Assembly: GCA_040767085.1 (NCBI GenBank)
Contig: JAXGPF010000004.1
Span: 313,918-377,917 of the forward strand
Length of the DNA: 64,000 nucleotides
Direction of reading: 5' to 3'
DNA from: Kiritimatiellia bacterium
GTDB taxonomy: Bacteria; Verrucomicrobiota; Kiritimatiellia; JAAZAB01
Shown: piece after piece, positions 59,091 through 64,000 of the stretch
Layout: every line of letters starts with the position of its first letter
Position numbering within the stretch: position 1 is the first letter of the stretch
Position numbers and translations under genes: made by a program
Notes under the pieces: model-generated
Told to the model about the DNA's origin: nothing
The model's input: only the letters and a program-made list of their open reading frames with translations
Databases searched by the model: none

Positions 59091-59909
59091 ATGAATATTA
59101 GACTCACAAAGAAAGTCAGCAAGACAGACTCATTTCAAGGCCCCATCATTGATTGCCACATCCACCCCGCGCTGGACGCCGGCACGGCCTTCAACTGGTT
59201 CGGCCCCTGCGGCGGCTTTGCCCGCCAGGTTGCCGACCTGCGCCGCGCCGGCATTGTCCAGGCCTGCGGCGCGCCCATCACCCCGGGCTTACCGGACACA
59301 TTCGCCGCCATCAGGCGCCTGAACGACCAGGCACTGCGGTTGCGCGACCGGTTCCCGGATTTTTACATCCCTGGCATCCAGGTGCATCCGCATTTCCCAG
59401 ACGAGTCATGCCGCGAGATCGAACGGTGCTGCGGCCGGGAAAGGGTGCGGTGGATCGGCGAATTGGTCGGCTATATGATGGGCTACGGCGACGATTACGC
59501 CTCGGCCGCCGCCTTGACGGTCATGCGCGCGGCGGCGGCGCATGGCGCCGCGGTCAACCTGCATTGCAACGATCTGAACACGCTCGACCGGCAATGTGCA
59601 ACCCTGCCGGAACTGAAGGTCGTATTGGCCCATCCGGGCGGCGGCAAGCGCGACATCCTGGAGCGGCTGGCCAAAGTCGCCCAATATCCCAGCCTGCACC
59701 TGGACATTTCCGGCGGCGGAATTGACCGCCTGGGTATCCTCCGCCAGGCCATGGACATTGCCGGCAAGGACAAGTTGCTGTTCGGCACGGATTTCCCGAT
59801 TAACAATCCCGCGGTTTATGTCCATGGCGCGCTCTTTGAAGCGCTTGCCCAAGATGAATATGACGCGCTGTTTGCAGGAAATTTTTTGCGGCTCACCCGG
59901 AATGGCTGA
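59091..59909 (+). CDS. Amidohydrolase_2 family protein
   Basis: IIDCHIHP, IGE, LAHPG, DISG, LLFGTDFP, GNFLRL. AGGAGG RBS. Confidence 0.88.
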   Translation: MNIRLTKKVSKTDSFQGPIIDCHIHPALDAGTAFNWFGPCGGFARQVADLRRAGIVQACGAPITPGLPDTFAAIRRLNDQALRLRDRFPDFYIPGIQVHPHFPDESCREIERCCGRERVRWIGELVGYMMGYGDDYASAAALTVMRAAAAHGAAVNLHCNDLNTLDRQCATLPELKVVLAHPGGGKRDILERLAKVAQYPSLHLDISGGGIDRLGILRQAMDIAGKDKLLFGTDFPINNPAVYVHGALFEALAQDEYDALFAGNFLRLTRNG

Positions 59910-59968
59910 CGTGTAATCCCGTCACGGATTCAGGCAGCGGTCTAAACTCAAACGACCAAGGGAAGATT

Positions 59969-62720
59969 ATGCAAAAGTTATTGACGATGATCGGTTGCGG
60001 ATTGCTGGTTTGCGCCGGCGCCGGCGGCGGTCAACGCCGCCCCGCCGCGTAAGCCTTACATTTCCACCTGGATGTCTTTTCACGGGTGGGACAAGGATTT
60101 CCGCAAAATCTACGGCAAGCCGCTGCCGGTGGCGGAAGTGATCAAAGCCCTGGCGGAGTCCGGCGTGACGGACTTGTATTTCGGCCATCAAAACCGCCCC
60201 GGCAACTTCCAGGACCGGCACAGCCGGTTTCAATCCAAACGCACGCCGGCCAACCGCGACCTGCTGGAAGAAGTGCTGGCGGCAGCCGACCAGTATCAGA
60301 TGCAGGTCTGGCTGTCACAAACCCCGAAAAACATGGCGGAGGACTTCATCGCCAGGGAACTGGCACCGGCTTATCCCGGCATCCGGGTCAGCCTGATCAA
60401 CGCCGGACTCCGCCAGTATTTTTACGAAATGATTGACAGCGTGGCGGCCAATTACGGCCAACACCCCAGCCTGGCCGGGTTTTCCTGGCATGAAATCAAC
60501 GGGGTGGCCGGCCGCCAAATCCGCCAGGACCCGGACCTGATCAAGGATTTTCAGCGCTTTGCGCTGGAACGTTACCAGGCGGAATATACCGGCACCGGCA
60601 TTCCGGAAGTGCAGCCGGACAGCCTCTGGTGGCGCCGGTTTTACCGTTACCACCTGCATACCATGAACGCCTTCATCCAGGACATGTGCCAACGCGCCAA
60701 ACAACATAACCTGCGCAGCGACTTCGTTTTCTACACCCCGGAATCCGGCAATGGCGAATCCTGGATCTGGGCGTATGACATCCTGGCCCTGGAACAGGCC
60801 GTGGATCAGATATGGTTCGTCGGGCGCAACGAGGCGGGTAAGTTTTATTACAGAATCCGCGGCGGCGTGGCGGATTTCGGGCCATCTTATGGCGGCCAGA
60901 ACCTGCTCAACAATTACTCCTACACTTTCCACGGACTGCCGCTGGGCTTCTGGGAGGGGAAGCGCCCGCTCTGGGTCAATACACAAGACACCTACACCGC
61001 CACGCAAAAAGGCGTGGAATTATGTTTTGGCAAGGAGTTGTTCCCGCAATGGCTGAACCTGATGGCCGCCTGGCAGGGCGGGACCAGCCCGGCGCAAGCG
61101 GCCATGGCGATCAATCCCCATCCCTTTATCATGCGCCATCCGCACGCGCCCGGCATTGATTACCGCGCCAAGGTCACGGACCTGCTGCAAGCGCTCAACC
61201 GCCACGTGGATTTGGACGGCATCATCACCGGAAGCCAGGCCATGCCGCGGGACTTGGCGCGTTATCGTTGCGTGATCCTGCCCGAGGAGATGAGTATGGG
61301 GCTGGATGCGTAGTCTTACGGGCGTTACCATGATCATGTCCAGAACGGCGGACGGCTCCTGGTCATCAATTCGCCCGTCACCATCACCCGCGACGACTTG
61401 ACGGAAGAGGCGGACAAGACCGAGGAATTATGCGGCGTGCGCCTGAACCAAAAAGCCTTGCCGGGCTTTGTCGCGCTGGAATCGGCCGCGCTGGCCGTGC
61501 CCACCAATAAAATCTGGGGGGCCGTTTCCGCCATCGAGCCGGCCGGCGCCGAAGTACTGGCGCGGGACAAGCAAACCGGCGTGCCGATTCTCACCCGGCA
61601 CAAATCAGGCAAGGGCGAAGTTTATTTTTCCGCGGTTTCCGCCGACCCGGCCGCCGCCGTATTTTTCGCCGACATCATCCGCCAGGCCGCGCCCTGCCCG
61701 ATCGCCCTGCGCAACAGCACCGGCATCGCCATCCGCGAAACCGTCCGTAATGGCAACTTGCTGGGAATCACCCTGTGGGGCCAGGGCGCCGGACTGCTGC
61801 AGGTTGACACCCGGGCCATCGGCCTCGACGCGCCGGCATTGGAAGTGCGCGACGCCATCATCGGCCGGGTGCTCAGCGCCAAAATCAGTGCGGACCAGTT
61901 GCGGCAGGGGCTGCCGGTGGAAAACGTTTATGCCGACCAATTATCGCTGGTGGTGATCGGTCCGCCCGCGGACACCGCCGCATTCACCGGCATCCTGCCG
62001 GGCGCGGAGTCTTTTAAAAACCTGGGCCAGCAGGCCATCCGGCTGATTGAAAACCCGGAAGTGCCGATTGACATCCCGCCGGGCGACGGCGCGCGCGTCG
62101 GCGTGTATTACAACGGCTTGGGCGCCGCCCCCATCATCGCCGCGCTGAAAGCCCGGGGCTGCCGGGTGTTCTCCTTGCCGCGCCTGGACGCCAATGCCTT
62201 CAAGCAAGCCGACATTGTCATCATCCCCCAGATGCGCGGCAAGAATTTTGCGCTCTTTAACCAGGCCTTGGACGAATTGCGCGCCTACGTTGACCAGGGC
62301 GGCAGCGTCCTGCTGACGCATGACGCCGTGGGCTATCGCGGCCACCGGCCGGCGTTCCCGGAAATCGGCCAGGGGCTGCTGAATCCCGTTTCCACTGAAA
62401 TTTACGACAAGGTCAGCGTTGCCGCCTAACACCCGGTGACCGCCGGCTTCAAACCGGGCGACACCTTCACTCACGCTTTTTTCGATCATGTGACCCTCAC
62501 CAGCGGGCCGCAAGGCGCCGTTTTGCTGAAAGACCAGCGCGATATGGCCGCGCTGGTGGTTGGGACTCACGGCAAAGGCCGCGTGGTTTTAAACGGCATG
62601 CTCCCGGGTTACGCCTCCGCGGAGCGCGGCAGTCGGAATGCTGCCGACCGCCAGCCGGAAGGCGGCGAATTGCAGATATTAATCAACGCCATCCAGTGGC
62701 TGACGGGCAACAAACCATAA
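59969..62720 (+). pseudogene. Secreted glycoside-hydrolase-like gene with GATase/ThuA-like domains, interrupted by one frameshift and two in-frame stops
   Basis: The signal peptide at 59969 is out of frame. ORFs 60072-61313, 61398-62429 and 62436-62720 share one frame and read through TAG(61311) and TAA(62427) as continuous domains (DA*SYGRYHDHVQNGGRLL; VAA*HPVTAG). Confidence 0.8.
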
Positions 62721-62759
62721 CTGACAACGAACGCAGCGTTTTATAAGGAGGAACCCGGT

Positions 62760-63692
62760 ATGCGAACTAGCTTAATCTTATGGCCCATCCATTTGCTCGC
62801 TTTGACGGCTTTTGCGACCAACACCCCGCCGCAAAAACCCGCCTGGCCCGCGCATGTCACGGAAATCGCCATTACCAGTTCGGCCGATAACTCGCCGCAG
62901 CCGGCGATGTATTACGCCCCGGCCGGCGATCAACCCGCCCCCCTGCTGGTTTCACTCCATACCTGGAGCGGCGGCTACACCCAACTGGCCGCCGGGAGGG
63001 CCAACTGGTGCCTGGCCAATCAATGGGCGTTCATCCACCCCCACTTCCGCGGGCCCAACCGTCGCCCGGAAGCCATGGGTTCCGAACTGGCCGTACGGGA
63101 TATTTTGGACGCAGTGGACTATGCCAAACAACACGCCAAAATTGACACCAACCGCATCTACCTGCTGGGCTTCTCCGGCGGCGGACATGCCGCGCTGTTG
63201 ATGGCCGGCCGCGCGCCGGACGTCTGGGCGGGAGTTTCCGCCTGGTGCGGCATCTCCGACTTGAAAAAGTGGCACGCCCAAAGTCCGGGGTACGGCCGCG
63301 GCATCCCCGTTGATATCGCCGCCGGCATCCATGACGGCCATACCGGCAGCGTCCCCGTCAGCCAGAGCCTGGAAGCATTCAACCTCCTCGCCCAGCCGGC
63401 GGACCGGCTGGCGGCTGAGGACATCGCCGCGATCACCAGGGACCAAGTCGTCCCGGAGCATCTGCGGCGGGAAAGCTACGGCATGCTGCTGCAAAAGGCA
63501 CGCATCCATTTCCAACGTCAATCCGGCAATGCGCGCATCACCATCTTTGAAGGCGGGCACCAGGGACTGGATGCCGTGGCGTTGCCCTGGCTCGCCCGGC
63601 AGCGCAAAGGCGCCCCGGCCGCCTGGGATGCCGGCGCCCCAGCCGCCATTGCGGCGACGAATGACGCCGACTTCACCGCCACCGGCAAATGA
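62760..63692 (+). CDS. Secreted alpha/beta hydrolase (S9-like), possibly with an in-frame internal deletion
   Basis: Signal peptide; LLVSLHTWS, HFRGPN, RIYLLGFSGGGH, AWCGISDL, AGIHDGH, FEGGH. Confidence 0.8.
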   Translation: MRTSLILWPIHLLALTAFATNTPPQKPAWPAHVTEIAITSSADNSPQPAMYYAPAGDQPAPLLVSLHTWSGGYTQLAAGRANWCLANQWAFIHPHFRGPNRRPEAMGSELAVRDILDAVDYAKQHAKIDTNRIYLLGFSGGGHAALLMAGRAPDVWAGVSAWCGISDLKKWHAQSPGYGRGIPVDIAAGIHDGHTGSVPVSQSLEAFNLLAQPADRLAAEDIAAITRDQVVPEHLRRESYGMLLQKARIHFQRQSGNARITIFEGGHQGLDAVALPWLARQRKGAPAAWDAGAPAAIAATNDADFTATGK

Positions 63693-64000
63693 GCATCAAC
63701 CGCCACATGGAAAAGCGGCATTGATTGCCGACGGGGCATGGCAATCCGGCAGTCGGTCGTTTTAACCTGAAAACGGCAGTTCATTTACCATGAAGAGCAC
63801 GAAGATATGAAGGGGCGGATAAATATAAGGAAAACAGCCTAACTCGCCTTGCTTTTCGATCCGACAGCCGGCACCTATTGAGTGGAAGACGTAGGCAAAT
63901 CCTGTCCTTCGTGGTTTCATCTGCTCTTTATTGATTGACGCAACCGTCTTATTCCGCTGGAGGGCGAAGCTGTGCTGAGCCGGCCGGAACGCCAACGGGA

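Noticed and set aside
61311-62429. Stop-codon reassignment or pyrrolysine/selenocysteine readthrough
   Set aside because: The two internal stops differ (TAG and TAA), both codons end many normal genes here, and the same gene also has a frameshift.

Overview
GC-rich bacterial chromosomal segment. The gene content (many uncharacterised secreted or sugar-active proteins, UroD-like and QueG-like genes, IclR/GntR regulators) suggests a PVC-group organism such as Lentisphaerae or Kiritimatiellae; this is inference only. From left to right: a partial class III aminotransferase, an AraC regulator, tRNA-Ser(TGA) with trailing hairpin repeats, and purH split into two genes. Next is a ~9 kb envelope lipoprotein operon (three CsgG/FlgT-like, YcfL-like, LpoB-like, two LPP20-like, a GLQxG-repeat protein, and a VWA domain apparently split across two separately secreted proteins). 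Then come an esterase, a radical SAM/HhH protein with a mutated CxxxCxxC, DUF456, a DMT transporter, an SDR-enolase-IclR catabolic operon, a large S8 protease, a beta-CASP nuclease, a thymidylate synthase, an ArfB-like factor with tRNA-Arg(TCG), and a GH3. A lower-GC stretch follows, with an hsdM remnant and a toxin-antitoxin pair between two 337-bp direct repeats. The last ~28 kb are carbohydrate-catabolism clusters. Several genes carry frameshifts, in-frame stops or internal deletions, and several small palindromic or MITE-like elements lie between genes. No CRISPR array, rRNA, integrase or transposase was seen. All calls come from reading motifs by eye, with no database search.
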